DNA of 64,000 bases. It comes from Firmicutes bacterium CAG:884 (GTDB lineage Bacteria; Bacillota_I; Bacilli_A; RF39; UBA660). Within the stretch, counting starts at the first letter, position 1, and every line of letters begins with the position of its first letter. Under the pieces are notes generated by a model. That model saw only the letters and a program-made list of their open reading frames with translations. It was not told where the DNA came from and did no database searches. This document shows, in pieces, positions 37,963 to 47,101 of this stretch. The stretch spans positions 2,908-66,907 of the forward strand of contig HF993346.1 of assembly GCA_000433875.1 (NCBI GenBank). The letters are read 5' to 3'. Made by a program: the position numbers and the translations under genes.

Positions 37963-39636
37963 ATGAAAATAGAAAATAAAAGTGTTTTGAAAAAATCCAA
38001 AAAAGAGTTTATTTTGAACATCATTAATTCTATTGTTTTAAGGGGTGCGGTTTTAATAATTCCTGTTATATGGAGTTATGCACTTGATAATATATATGAA
38101 GCTTCATATGATAGAGCTATTAAATTAATTGTTTTATCAATAATTATAACTACTATATATTATGGTCTTGAACAATTGTATCAAGTAACTTTTTATAAAT
38201 TATATAATAAATTATACAATTTATATGAAAATGTTTATACGGATAATTTTTATAAAAACTCTCTTTTTAGTTTATCAAGATTTTCGCTTGGCGAATATAA
38301 TAATTTGCTTAATAGTGATATAGATGTAATAGCTAGTTATTATGCTAATTTACCTATGAGAGTTATAAGAATTGTTGAATTTTTAGTAATTTATTTCTAT
38401 TTTTATACAATTAATCCAATTATATTTATAATTACACTTATTGTTTCACTTGTATCCCTTGGGTATATGATATATGGTTCTAAGGAAACAGAAAGATTAA
38501 ATAAAATAAGAAAAGATACACTTGATTATAAAACGGCTGCTAATCACGAAATATATAATAATATAAGAGATATAAAGTCATTTAATTTATATAATAAAGT
38601 AGTTGAAAAGGTTAATAAAAAAAGAAAAGCTTATTTGGATGCTAATGCTAAATTTAATGTACAAAGTACAGGTGTTAAGTTTATATCAATTATTATAGTT
38701 GAAATTGCACGTCTTTTATTAATGATATATGGAATATATTTAATTAAAGATGGCCAAATTGAGGTTGGTGCTTTACTTATAATTTATAATTACTATCAAA
38801 AGATAGTTGATAATTATACAATTGTATCTAATATTTTAATTAGTAAAAAATCGCTTAAGGTTTCATTTAGCAGATTTGGTAAAATACTTGAAAATGCTAG
38901 CAAAGAAAAGGTCGATAATAAAGAAATTGATTTAGAGGGAAATGTTGTTTTTAAGAATATTTTATATGGTTATAGAGATAATCCAACTTTAAAAAATGTT
39001 AGTTTTACTTTATATAATAATAGTATTAATATTATAACTGGTCCAACGGGTTCTGGAAAATCGGGTGTAGTTGATTTACTTTTAAAAATGAATAGACCAC
39101 ATAAGGGTACAATTATGATTGGTAAACAAAACATATTTGATATAAAAAACAATAATTATTACAATAAAATAGCTTGTGTTAGTAAGAGTCCAACTTTCTT
39201 TAATGATAGTATTAAAAATAATTTACTGCTTGTTAATGATGATTTTGAATATATAAAGACTGTTTGTAAGAGACTAAATATTCATAATTATATAATGGGT
39301 TTAAAAGATGGATATGATACTAATATAAATAGTGGAATTAAAAGAAGTGTCTTTTATTTACTTGCGATTGCTCGCGTTATAATTAAGGATTCTAAAATAA
39401 TGATTTTTGATGAAAGTTTATCTTTAATTGATAAAAAAGATATTGAGGTTGTTAAAAATATTTTATTAGAATTAAAAGAAAATCATACAATTATTGTTAT
39501 TGATAGAGAGCAAAATGTAGATAGTATATCTGATTATATTGTTGTTATTGATGAACATGTTGTAAAAGAAGAGGGGACAAGGGAGGAACTATTAAAAAAA
39601 CAATCGTTTTACAAAAAAATGATTGGAAAAATTTAA
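37963..39636 (+). CDS. ABC exporter-like fused permease/ATPase with degenerate signature motif
   Basis: Six predicted TM helices. Walker A ITGPTGSGKSG, Walker B IMIFDESLSLID. The position of the LSGGQ signature reads NSGIKRSVFYLLAIARV (degenerate). No canonical H-loop seen. Confidence 0.65.
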   Translation: MKIENKSVLKKSKKEFILNIINSIVLRGAVLIIPVIWSYALDNIYEASYDRAIKLIVLSIIITTIYYGLEQLYQVTFYKLYNKLYNLYENVYTDNFYKNSLFSLSRFSLGEYNNLLNSDIDVIASYYANLPMRVIRIVEFLVIYFYFYTINPIIFIITLIVSLVSLGYMIYGSKETERLNKIRKDTLDYKTAANHEIYNNIRDIKSFNLYNKVVEKVNKKRKAYLDANAKFNVQSTGVKFISIIIVEIARLLLMIYGIYLIKDGQIEVGALLIIYNYYQKIVDNYTIVSNILISKKSLKVSFSRFGKILENASKEKVDNKEIDLEGNVVFKNILYGYRDNPTLKNVSFTLYNNSINIITGPTGSGKSGVVDLLLKMNRPHKGTIMIGKQNIFDIKNNNYYNKIACVSKSPTFFNDSIKNNLLLVNDDFEYIKTVCKRLNIHNYIMGLKDGYDTNINSGIKRSVFYLLAIARVIIKDSKIMIFDESLSLIDKKDIEVVKNILLELKENHTIIVIDREQNVDSISDYIVVIDEHVVKEEGTREELLKKQSFYKKMIGKI

Positions 39637-39682
39637 AAAAATCTTGAAGATTATAATACTATGTGTTATACTTTTTAAAGTG

Positions 39683-40360
39683 ATGTATATGTATAAGAGT
39701 TTTATTAAAAGAATGCTTGATGTAGTATTTAGTTTAGTTTTGATAATTTTGTTGTTGCCACTATTTTTAATTATAAGTTTATTAATAAAGCTTGAAGATG
39801 GTGGTCATGTATTCTTTAAACAGTTGAGATCGGGAAAAGATAGGGATTTCTATATGTATAAGTTTAGAAGTATGAAAGAAAATAATGATGTTCATAATTT
39901 AAAGGAAAAAGATTGTGTTACAAGAATTGGCAATTTTTTGAGAAAGACATCATTAGATGAATTGCCTCAATTAATTAATATATTAAAGGGAGAGATGTCT
40001 TTTATTGGTCCGAGACCTTGGATTACAGATTATGCTAAATATTTTACAAGTAATCAAATGAGAAGGTTAGAAGTATTACCTGGTATAACTGGTCTTGCTC
40101 AATCAAGTGGTCGCAACGATATATCAATTATTGAAAAGATTAAGTTAGATGTTGAATATGTTGATAATGTTAGTCTTTTAATGGATATAAAGATTATATT
40201 TAAAACAATTAGCTCCGTATTTAGTAAAAAGGGTAATAATTCGGACAAGTTTGCAATTCAAAATGAACTTGATGTACTTAAAAATCAATGGAAAAATCCA
40301 CAACATGAAAATGATAAGAAAGAAGAAACTTCTTATGAAGAAGAAGTTATATATAATTAA
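39683..40360 (+). CDS. Polyprenyl-phosphate sugar phosphotransferase (bacterial sugar transferase, WbaP/PglC-like small form)
   Basis: KRMLDVVFSLVLIILLLPLFLIISLLIKLEDGGHVFFKQLRSGKDRDFYMYKFRSM...DELPQLINILKGEMSFIGPRP matches the PF02397-type domain. Start uncertain: TTG at 39623 in the track, ATG at 39683 chosen here. Overlaps the end of the ABC gene. Confidence 0.7.
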   Translation: MYMYKSFIKRMLDVVFSLVLIILLLPLFLIISLLIKLEDGGHVFFKQLRSGKDRDFYMYKFRSMKENNDVHNLKEKDCVTRIGNFLRKTSLDELPQLINILKGEMSFIGPRPWITDYAKYFTSNQMRRLEVLPGITGLAQSSGRNDISIIEKIKLDVEYVDNVSLLMDIKIIFKTISSVFSKKGNNSDKFAIQNELDVLKNQWKNPQHENDKKEETSYEEEVIYN

Positions 40361-40385
40361 AAGGACTTTAAAGTCCTTTTATTTT
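40361..40385. terminator. Bidirectional terminator
   Basis: aaaggactttaaagtcctttt palindrome flanked by A/T runs, between the sugar transferase (+) and the lipoprotein (-). Confidence 0.6.
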
Positions 40386-41410
40386 ATTTTCATATCATTT
40401 CCTTTTGGGTAAATTTGAATATATGTGTTTCCGTTATTTACAACTAATTCTTCATTTGTTTCTTTAATTTTGTAAATTGTTTTACTGCTCAAATCTTTTT
40501 TAGACCAAGTAATAGGAATTGCATAACCATTTGTTATATAGTATCCTTCACCTGAACCGATATTGTTTATTTTTTGATATCCATAGTAGTTATCACTTGT
40601 AAATGTTGTATATTTAACTCCATAAACAATTATGTTTTTAGCTGTATATTGATTTCCTGTTGTTAAATCAGTATTTTTTGTGTTATTCATAAATCTTAAA
40701 TATGTTTTATTAGTGCTATCATAAGTATATTTACTTGTTCGATAGTCTGAATATTTAATACTTATATTTTCTGCTTTAATTGCACTCTTATATTTACTTA
40801 AATCTAGTTCTTCTTCGGAATATTTTAGTAATAAACCTTTATCAGTAGTTGTTCTATAATTGTAATTTTTAGAAGCTTTTTTAAGTTTGTCTATAGAAGT
40901 AAATAGAGTGTGTTCATAATCTCTTTTTAGTTTTGTATCACGCATACCATATGCTGAATTATCAACGTCAATTCGATTGATTCCTAATTTGTTAACTTCT
41001 CTGATTCCTTCATTTGATCCACCGGCAGATACATATGTCGCATCGTTTTCTAAAACATATCCTAGATATTGTGATCTAGCGCTTCTTACAGAGCCAATTT
41101 TGCTTGCATCAGCATCTTTATAAAGAGCCATCATTCTTGTAATTCCACCTTCAACCATTAATTCATAAACGATATATGCTTTATTTACATCTGATTGAGG
41201 TAAGGCATTATTATGGCAGTTTATCATAACGGCGTAAGGTCTTGTTTTACTTTCGGGATCAGCAATCCATTTAACAGGTGTTTTTTCTTCTTGTTTTGGT
41301 TCTTCCTCTTTTTGTTCATTTGGGTTTGGTACTTCTGGTTCTTTTGGTTTTTCATTTGAGCAGCCTACTAAGCATAGAAATACACATATAAAAATTATAA
41401 ATTTTTTCAT
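40379..41410 (-). CDS. Lipoprotein (signal peptide with lipobox LVGC), possibly DUF3048/YerB-like
   Basis: MKKFIIFICVFLCLVGCS is a lipobox, followed by a Pro/Glu/Lys-rich linker and a 300-aa domain. GGAGGATGG SD. Family assignment tentative. Confidence 0.55.
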   Translation of the reverse strand: MKKFIIFICVFLCLVGCSNEKPKEPEVPNPNEQKEEEPKQEEKTPVKWIADPESKTRPYAVMINCHNNALPQSDVNKAYIVYELMVEGGITRMMALYKDADASKIGSVRSARSQYLGYVLENDATYVSAGGSNEGIREVNKLGINRIDVDNSAYGMRDTKLKRDYEHTLFTSIDKLKKASKNYNYRTTTDKGLLLKYSEEELDLSKYKSAIKAENISIKYSDYRTSKYTYDSTNKTYLRFMNNTKNTDLTTGNQYTAKNIIVYGVKYTTFTSDNYYGYQKINNIGSGEGYYITNGYAIPITWSKKDLSSKTIYKIKETNEELVVNNGNTYIQIYPKGNDMKIK

Positions 41411-41512
41411 TTTCCATCCTCCAACTTAATTATAGCATATTTATTTTAAATAGTATACATTATTTGACAATATATTATTTTATGGTAAAATATTATGTCA
41501 AGAGGAAAAAAT

Positions 41513-42265
41513 ATGCAAATAATTAATTTGAGTAATAATGATTTAGAAAGTATAACAAGTAGATCTGATTATAAGAAAGGATCTTTTGGTACTGTTGTAC
41601 AGGTTGAAGGGGATTTGGGTATTAAATTTTATAATGACTTTTTAAATAGTTATAAAAAGAAAAGTATAAATGATATTAGGATGGAAACGATAATAAGTGT
41701 TCCTCAAATTGAATTACTTACACGAAAGCAAGAAAAGGTAAAATTAACGACTTTACCACTTGGGGTTGCTTATTATCAAAATATACCTGTTGGTGTTATA
41801 ATTAAATATTTTGAGAAACATAATACATTGTTTGAACTTTTTAAAGAACATAATACAGTTATAATAAATATATTGCAGAGGGTTTTAGATATTGTTAATG
41901 AATTATTAAAAAATGGCATATTTCAAACTGATATAAAAGAAAATAATTTTTTATATTCGACTATTGATTATAGCGCGCAAGCAATTGATTTAGATGGTTT
42001 AAGAGTTGAAATTGGTAGGGAAAATATATGGCTTGAAGAAACTGTATATGAGTCATTAATTGATATGTTTATTTTTCTTGTTAAGGAAAAGCTTTTGTTC
42101 GAATATAATAATTGTGAACTAGATGAAAATGATTATAAGGCAAGAATAGAATGTTTAAAATTGCTTAAACATAATATATATGTATTTGAAAGTTTACAAG
42201 GTTTTATAAATGAAGTTAAAAAGATAAGATTACTTGAACCACCGAAAAAGATTTTAAAAATATAA
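41513..42265 (+). CDS. Small eukaryotic-like protein kinase (ePK-like) fold protein
   Basis: Gly-rich loop KGSFGTVVQV. Lys in LGIKFY (VAIK-like). Catalytic-loop-like FQTDIKENNFLY (HRDLKPENIL-like, D-K-N conserved). DFG-like AIDLDGLRV. AGAGGA SD before the ATG at 41513. Confidence 0.45.
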   Translation: MQIINLSNNDLESITSRSDYKKGSFGTVVQVEGDLGIKFYNDFLNSYKKKSINDIRMETIISVPQIELLTRKQEKVKLTTLPLGVAYYQNIPVGVIIKYFEKHNTLFELFKEHNTVIINILQRVLDIVNELLKNGIFQTDIKENNFLYSTIDYSAQAIDLDGLRVEIGRENIWLEETVYESLIDMFIFLVKEKLLFEYNNCELDENDYKARIECLKLLKHNIYVFESLQGFINEVKKIRLLEPPKKILKI

Positions 42266-42451
42266 AATCTTTTTTTATATTTTTTTTAATTATATTTTGG
42301 TACCATTAATAATTTGGTGATAAGGAAAAAGGAGAGGGCAAAGATATATTTTAAAGGAATGGTACCACATATAATAGATGCCGCTAAATAAATTAATTTT
42401 GAAACAACTGAACATGATTTAATAGAAATTTAACAAACTTAAACAATAATA

Positions 42452-42480
42452 TTGTCAAAATAAATTAATTATGGTACAAT
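42452..42480 (+). promoter_or_regulatory. Strong sigma-A promoter for tRNA-Glu
   Basis: TTGTCA, a 17-nt spacer, and extended -10 TGgTACAAT ending 20 nt before the tRNA 5' end. Confidence 0.55.
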
Positions 42481-42499
42481 ATTATTGTTTTTCAAATAT

Positions 42500-42576
42500 G
42501 GCCTGTTGGTGAAATTGGTTAACACATAACCCTCTCAAGGTTACATTCACGGGTTCGAACCCCGTACAGGCTACCA
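42500..42576 (+). tRNA. tRNA-Glu (anticodon CUC)
   Basis: GGCCTGTTGGTGAAATTGGTTAACACATAACCCTCTCAAGGTTACATTCACGGGTTCGAACCCCGTACAGGCTACCA is collinear with Bacillus tRNA-Glu. Anticodon stem TAACC/GGTTA, loop CTCTCAA. CCA encoded. Confidence 0.75.
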
Positions 42577-42601
42577 AATTTATTTTATTTTCAAAAAAGT
42601 A

Positions 42602-42630
42602 TTGTCATTTGTTTGATAATGTGATATATT
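42602..42630 (+). promoter_or_regulatory. Sigma-A promoter for tRNA-Met
   Basis: TTGTCA (42602-42607), a 17-nt spacer, extended -10 TGaTATATT (42622-42630), 18 nt before the tRNA. Confidence 0.5.
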
Positions 42631-42648
42631 TATATTGCTTACTTTTAT

Positions 42649-42725
42649 GGCGAGATAGTTCAGTTGGCTAGAACACACGGTTCATACCCGTGATGTCGAG
42701 GGTTCGAATCCCCCTCTCGCTACCA
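42649..42725 (+). tRNA. tRNA-Met (elongator, anticodon CAU)
   Basis: GGCGAGATAGTTCAGTTGGCTAGAACACACGGTTCATACCCGTGATGTCGAGGGTTCGAATCCCCCTCTCGCTACCA. Anticodon arm ACGGTTCATACCCGT is identical to B. subtilis elongator tRNA-Met. CCA encoded. Confidence 0.8.
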
Positions 42726-42780
42726 TATGATTGTTTCTCGAGTTTCTCGAGTTTTTTGTTAAAAAAGGTTGATGTTAATT

Positions 42781-42954
42781 ATGGAAACAAATATTCAAGA
42801 GTTGAGAGAAGATTTAATAAATTATGTTGGTTCATCTATGTTACCAAATAAGTATGCTATAATTGCATACATTGAATCTTTATCAAATGATGAATTAATT
42901 GATTTTATAATTCAAAATAATTTAAATATTTATGCAAAAAGAACTATTAGGTAA
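42781..42954 (+). CDS. Hypothetical small protein (57 aa)
   Basis: ORF METNIQELREDLINYVGSSMLPNKYAIIAYIESLSNDELIDFIIQNNLNIYAKRTIR directly downstream of the tRNA genes. Weak SD. Confidence 0.3.
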   Translation: METNIQELREDLINYVGSSMLPNKYAIIAYIESLSNDELIDFIIQNNLNIYAKRTIR

Positions 42955-42966
42955 TCCTAATAGTTT

Positions 42967-44580
42967 TTATCTGTGTCCTAATGCTTTCATAATTAAAGGT
43001 ATTATTTGTTTCTTTCTTGATACAAAACCATCTAATTTCTTGCCTTGATAACATTCATCAAAACAGAAGTTAAATATATTTTGTGAAGATTTATTGTAGA
43101 ATATATAAGAACATTCTCCTATAATATCTGTAACAAACATAGCAAGAACATTATAATTTTTGTCAAAGGCAATCTCTTCTATTAAATTAATATATTCATT
43201 CTTTTGATTTAAGAAGCTATCAAAATCAGTAGTTAAAACCTGACTAACACCAACTTTTTTATCATCGATATCAAATGATTTGAAATCTTGGAAGAATATT
43301 TCTTCTTTTGTTTTACCTGCAAATATAGAACCGTTTTTAAACATTTTTAAACCAAATGTTTCATAGTCTATACCTGCTATAACGGAAAGTTCATTTAATG
43401 CTTTAACATCAAGTGGAGTAGTAGTAGGTGATTTTAAAAGTAGAGTATCTGATATTATACCTGATGCCATAATACCAGCTATATCTTTATCAATTTGAGC
43501 ATTGTGTTCTTTATATAAAGTATAAATAATTGTATTTGTACTACCTACAGTCATATTTCTAAAATTGATAGGTCTATCAGTACCAATTGTGCCTATTTTA
43601 TGATGATCAATTATTTCAAGAATATCTGCTTCATTTAAGCCATCAGCACTTTGCGATTCTTCGTTATGATCAACTAAAATAACTTTTTTAGGCATCTTTT
43701 CATCAAGATCAGATACTTTTAATAAACCCAAACATTTATTTTCTTCATCAATAATAGGATAGTAGTTATGATGGTTAATCCTAATTGCATCAAGTGCATC
43801 ATCAACATTCATTTCTTCCTTAAAACAAACAATGGTTTTTTCATAATTAACCGTACTAATTAGATTCGCGAACCCAATTAATTTTATAACTTCAAAATAA
43901 TCTTTAGATGTTCTTATAATATTAACTCTATTTTTTTTAGCTAAATCAAGTAATGAATTTTTAAGCTCTAAATTATCTGTTAATATTATTAATCCAACAT
44001 TATTATTAATTGCTGTTTCTATTATATTTAATCTATCACCAACTATTAAACAAGTATTTTCATCTAAAACTGTATCTTTTAAAAATGCTTCACTTACTTT
44101 AAATGGGGCGACTATATTATATGAAAATATATCAGTAAACTTTAAGAGTTGTTCACCGCCTAAAGCATTTAAGGTATGATTATAGGTTGATACAAGTTCT
44201 TTTTTACTACAATTAATATAATCAGTTGTTATATCTTTCATTGATAAAACGCCATTAAAGTAACCATTAACTGAAACGGGAACGGAACTAATAAATCTTG
44301 ACATCATATATCTATATGCATCATAAATTGATTCTTTTGCATCAATAAAACATCCTTTGCGGTAGTTTAAATCTTTAATTTGAACCTTAACATCGTTTAA
44401 ATATTTTGGAAGTTCCATTTTAAAATGCTTTAAAACATATTTAGTTTCATTATTAATATCTCCTAAAACTCTAGGTTCACATTTTACCCCTAACATATTT
44501 TTAAGTTTAGAATAAGCAATTGCACTTGTAACTGAGTCAGTATCAGGTTTTTTATGACCAAAAACATATATTTTATCCAT
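42967..44580 (-). CDS. ppaC: CBS-domain-containing family II inorganic pyrophosphatase (DHH/DHHA2, PpaC-type)
   Basis: N-terminus MDKIYVFGHKKPDTDSVTSAIAYS (DHH motif I). DHH motif VDHNEESQS...IDHHKIG. DHHA2 GIISDTLLLKSPTTT. The ~250-aa insertion between them fits CBS/DRTGG-PPases. GGAGGA SD before the ATG at 44580. Confidence 0.8.
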   Translation of the reverse strand: MDKIYVFGHKKPDTDSVTSAIAYSKLKNMLGVKCEPRVLGDINNETKYVLKHFKMELPKYLNDVKVQIKDLNYRKGCFIDAKESIYDAYRYMMSRFISSVPVSVNGYFNGVLSMKDITTDYINCSKKELVSTYNHTLNALGGEQLLKFTDIFSYNIVAPFKVSEAFLKDTVLDENTCLIVGDRLNIIETAINNNVGLIILTDNLELKNSLLDLAKKNRVNIIRTSKDYFEVIKLIGFANLISTVNYEKTIVCFKEEMNVDDALDAIRINHHNYYPIIDEENKCLGLLKVSDLDEKMPKKVILVDHNEESQSADGLNEADILEIIDHHKIGTIGTDRPINFRNMTVGSTNTIIYTLYKEHNAQIDKDIAGIMASGIISDTLLLKSPTTTPLDVKALNELSVIAGIDYETFGLKMFKNGSIFAGKTKEEIFFQDFKSFDIDDKKVGVSQVLTTDFDSFLNQKNEYINLIEEIAFDKNYNVLAMFVTDIIGECSYIFYNKSSQNIFNFCFDECYQGKKLDGFVSRKKQIIPLIMKALGHR

Positions 44581-44680
44581 TCTTATCCTCCTAATATTAA
44601 AATTATAGCACACCCTCAAATAAAAATAAATAGTTTTACAAACAAACTTTACAATGATATAATATAACTAGGTGATTTCT

Positions 44681-45607
44681 ATGAAATATTATGGCGATTT
44701 AAGAGATTATCATAATAAAAGATTTATTGCTAATAATTTGGAAACCTTTTTTGCTTCGGCCATAAATATAATAGGTTTAACGGCTGCTATAAATGGTATG
44801 TGTTATATAAACGATGGTTTATGGTTTGATACGTTATCTGGAAGTGTTGCTGCTATTTGTATGCTAATGGAAACTGATGCATTGTATTCTGGAGTAAAGA
44901 ATATTAATAAGGATTTAAAGAATATTGATTTAAGGAGTGTATTAAAGGAAAGAAAAAGATTATATGATGCGATAATAAATAATGTATGTTCTTGTATTAA
45001 AGAATTAAATATAACTGATCCAAAAGATATAATGCACTTTTTGAATGATGTTTTAAATAAAGGGCATTTATCATATAAGAAGAATTTTAAAAATATCAAT
45101 GTTTCAAGCGAAAGATTAGAATTTTCTTCTTATCAAGTTATAAATGGAAATGGTGTTTGCAGACATATTGCGCAGTTTACTACGGATATTTTTAAATGTT
45201 TAGGGTATGAAGCATTCGATTTGTTTTGTTTAGAATATGGTAGTGATGATAAACCAAGGCATATGATTACAATGGTTGATTATAATAATAAAACCTATTA
45301 TTTAGATACTGCAAATAATATTTCATATAATTATTATGAAGGTGTTTTAAGAACAAACAATAATAATTTTATTCCAGTAAATTATTATGCTAAAAACTTT
45401 CATCAAATGGATAATGGTGATTTAGCATATTTAATTAGTTATTATGCTAACAGAAGAAATTTGCAAGAATGTATGAAATGTATGTTTAAAAAATTAAATG
45501 AGTCATATGATGAATATGATTATAAAAAAGGAAATAATATTAAAACAAATATAATATATGAAAAAAATAAAAAACTATATAAAAAATTTAGGGAAACCTA
45601 CTTGTAA
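44681..45607 (+). CDS. Transglutaminase-like (papain-fold) superfamily protein, membrane-associated
   Basis: Ordered Cys-His-Asp candidates with TGase-like spacing: NGVCRHIAQFTTDIFKCLGYEA (GxC...), RHMITMVDY (HxxxE/DxY-like), YYLDTAN (D). The N-terminal third is hydrophobic. AGGTGA SD before the ATG at 44681. Confidence 0.45.
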   Translation: MKYYGDLRDYHNKRFIANNLETFFASAINIIGLTAAINGMCYINDGLWFDTLSGSVAAICMLMETDALYSGVKNINKDLKNIDLRSVLKERKRLYDAIINNVCSCIKELNITDPKDIMHFLNDVLNKGHLSYKKNFKNINVSSERLEFSSYQVINGNGVCRHIAQFTTDIFKCLGYEAFDLFCLEYGSDDKPRHMITMVDYNNKTYYLDTANNISYNYYEGVLRTNNNNFIPVNYYAKNFHQMDNGDLAYLISYYANRRNLQECMKCMFKKLNESYDEYDYKKGNNIKTNIIYEKNKKLYKKFRETYL

Positions 45608-45645
45608 AATTTGTTTAAAATAGATATAATTTATATGTGATTAAA

Positions 45646-45960
45646 ATGAAGAAAAGATATCTTATATTTATATTATTATTAGTTGGTTGTTCAAAACAAA
45701 TAAAATGCTCAAATGAAGAGGTAAATGTAATAATAAAAGAAAAGAAAAATAGTATTAAAAGTATTGAAGTTGAAAAAGTATTTAAAAATGAAGAAGAAAG
45801 CACTAATTATTGCACACTTTTAAAATTAACTGATATAAGTGTTGAATGTGATAAAAATAGAGTGGTTTATAATAATTATAAAGATTATTTAAATAGAGAT
45901 TTTATAAAAACGGATGGGTTAATAGAATATCTAGAAAATAATAATTATAATTGTAAGTAA
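45646..45960 (+). CDS. Small lipoprotein (paralog 1)
   Basis: MKKRYLIFILLLVGCS lipobox; 104-aa mature Cys-containing domain ending ...NNNYNCK. Paralogous to the next ORF. Confidence 0.55.
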   Translation: MKKRYLIFILLLVGCSKQIKCSNEEVNVIIKEKKNSIKSIEVEKVFKNEEESTNYCTLLKLTDISVECDKNRVVYNNYKDYLNRDFIKTDGLIEYLENNNYNCK

Positions 45961-45997
45961 ATGATTAAAATGATATAATAATTAAGGAGGATAAAAC

Positions 45998-46318
45998 GTG
46001 AAAAAAGTTATATTAGTATTAGCAATTTTATTAATGGTTGGATGTTCTAAGAAACCAGATGTTGTATGTACAGAGAAAAGCGATGTTTTTAAAACAAATG
46101 TAGAACTTTATTTTGAAGGCGAAAAACTAACAAAAGCAACAAGTGTAAGTGAATATGAAGAAGAAGCACTTGCTAAACAAGTATGCGCGACTTTAGGTGA
46201 TAAAGTTAAGTGTTATAAAAACAAAGTTGAAGTCAATGATTATTTGAAAAGTTATCTTGGAAATAATAAGAGTGAAGTTATTAAGATTCTCGAAAGTCAA
46301 GGTTTATCTTGTAAATAG
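45998..46318 (+). CDS. Small lipoprotein (paralog 2)
   Basis: GTG start with an AAGGAGGA SD. MKKVILVLAILLMVGCS lipobox. Shares KNKVEVNDYLKSYL~KNRVVYNNYKDYL and the C-terminal ...SCK with paralog 1. Confidence 0.6.
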   Translation: MKKVILVLAILLMVGCSKKPDVVCTEKSDVFKTNVELYFEGEKLTKATSVSEYEEEALAKQVCATLGDKVKCYKNKVEVNDYLKSYLGNNKSEVIKILESQGLSCK

Positions 46319-46328
46319 GTGATTTAAA

Positions 46329-47093
46329 ATGAAATGCGTAAGATGTGGAACTGAACTAAAAGAAGGCTCAAAAGTATGTTTGGGCTGTGGATTTGAAGTT
46401 GGAAAAGAATATGTTCCGGAACAAAATGAAACTCTTGAGAGTTTAATGGAAATGCCAAAAAAGGAAGAAACTTATGTTGATGATGCTGAAGAAATGGAAA
46501 TTGAGGGTTCAAAAAAGGAACTTGATGTAATAGATGGTGAGGAAGTAAAGTTAGATAATAACTTAACTGGGGAAAACGTCGGCAAAGTTAAGGTTAGAAA
46601 AAAGAAAAAATATTTCTTATTATTTATTCCTTTAGTATTAATTTTGTTAGGATTATTAATATATTTTAATTTTGACAAGATAAAGTGTTTATATAAAGAT
46701 TGTTCAGTTAAACCTAGTCCAAAACCTAGTGATGATAAAGTAGATGTAGTTAATCATCCAACAGAAACTTATATATTTGATAATAGATTTACTTTTAGAT
46801 TAACTGATGAATGGAATGAAACAGAAAAAGGAAAATATACTAAAACTTTAGAAGAATTTAAAACAAATAAGTATGTTTTAAACAATAATACACTAGAAGA
46901 TTATTTAAAATATATTGGCACGGAAGAATATAAAGAAGAAACAATTAATAATATAAAATATTATTATATAGTTAATAATCAAGCTAAGGAATATGCTATA
47001 ATAGATAAAGAAGCGATATATGTATTTTCATTTGTTTCTGTAAATGAAAAAGATATAAATGAAATAATGAATACTGTTGTATATTATAAATAG
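46329..47093 (+). CDS. Zinc-ribbon membrane protein (cytoplasmic CxxC-x13-CxxC, single TM, extracellular domain)
   Basis: MKCVRCGTELKEGSKVCLGCGF is a zinc-ribbon. TM helix YFLLFIPLVLILLGLLIYF. 140-aa C-terminal domain. AGGTGA SD. Confidence 0.6.
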   Translation: MKCVRCGTELKEGSKVCLGCGFEVGKEYVPEQNETLESLMEMPKKEETYVDDAEEMEIEGSKKELDVIDGEEVKLDNNLTGENVGKVKVRKKKKYFLLFIPLVLILLGLLIYFNFDKIKCLYKDCSVKPSPKPSDDKVDVVNHPTETYIFDNRFTFRLTDEWNETEKGKYTKTLEEFKTNKYVLNNNTLEDYLKYIGTEEYKEETINNIKYYYIVNNQAKEYAIIDKEAIYVFSFVSVNEKDINEIMNTVVYYK

Positions 47094-47101
47094 GAGGAAC
47101 T

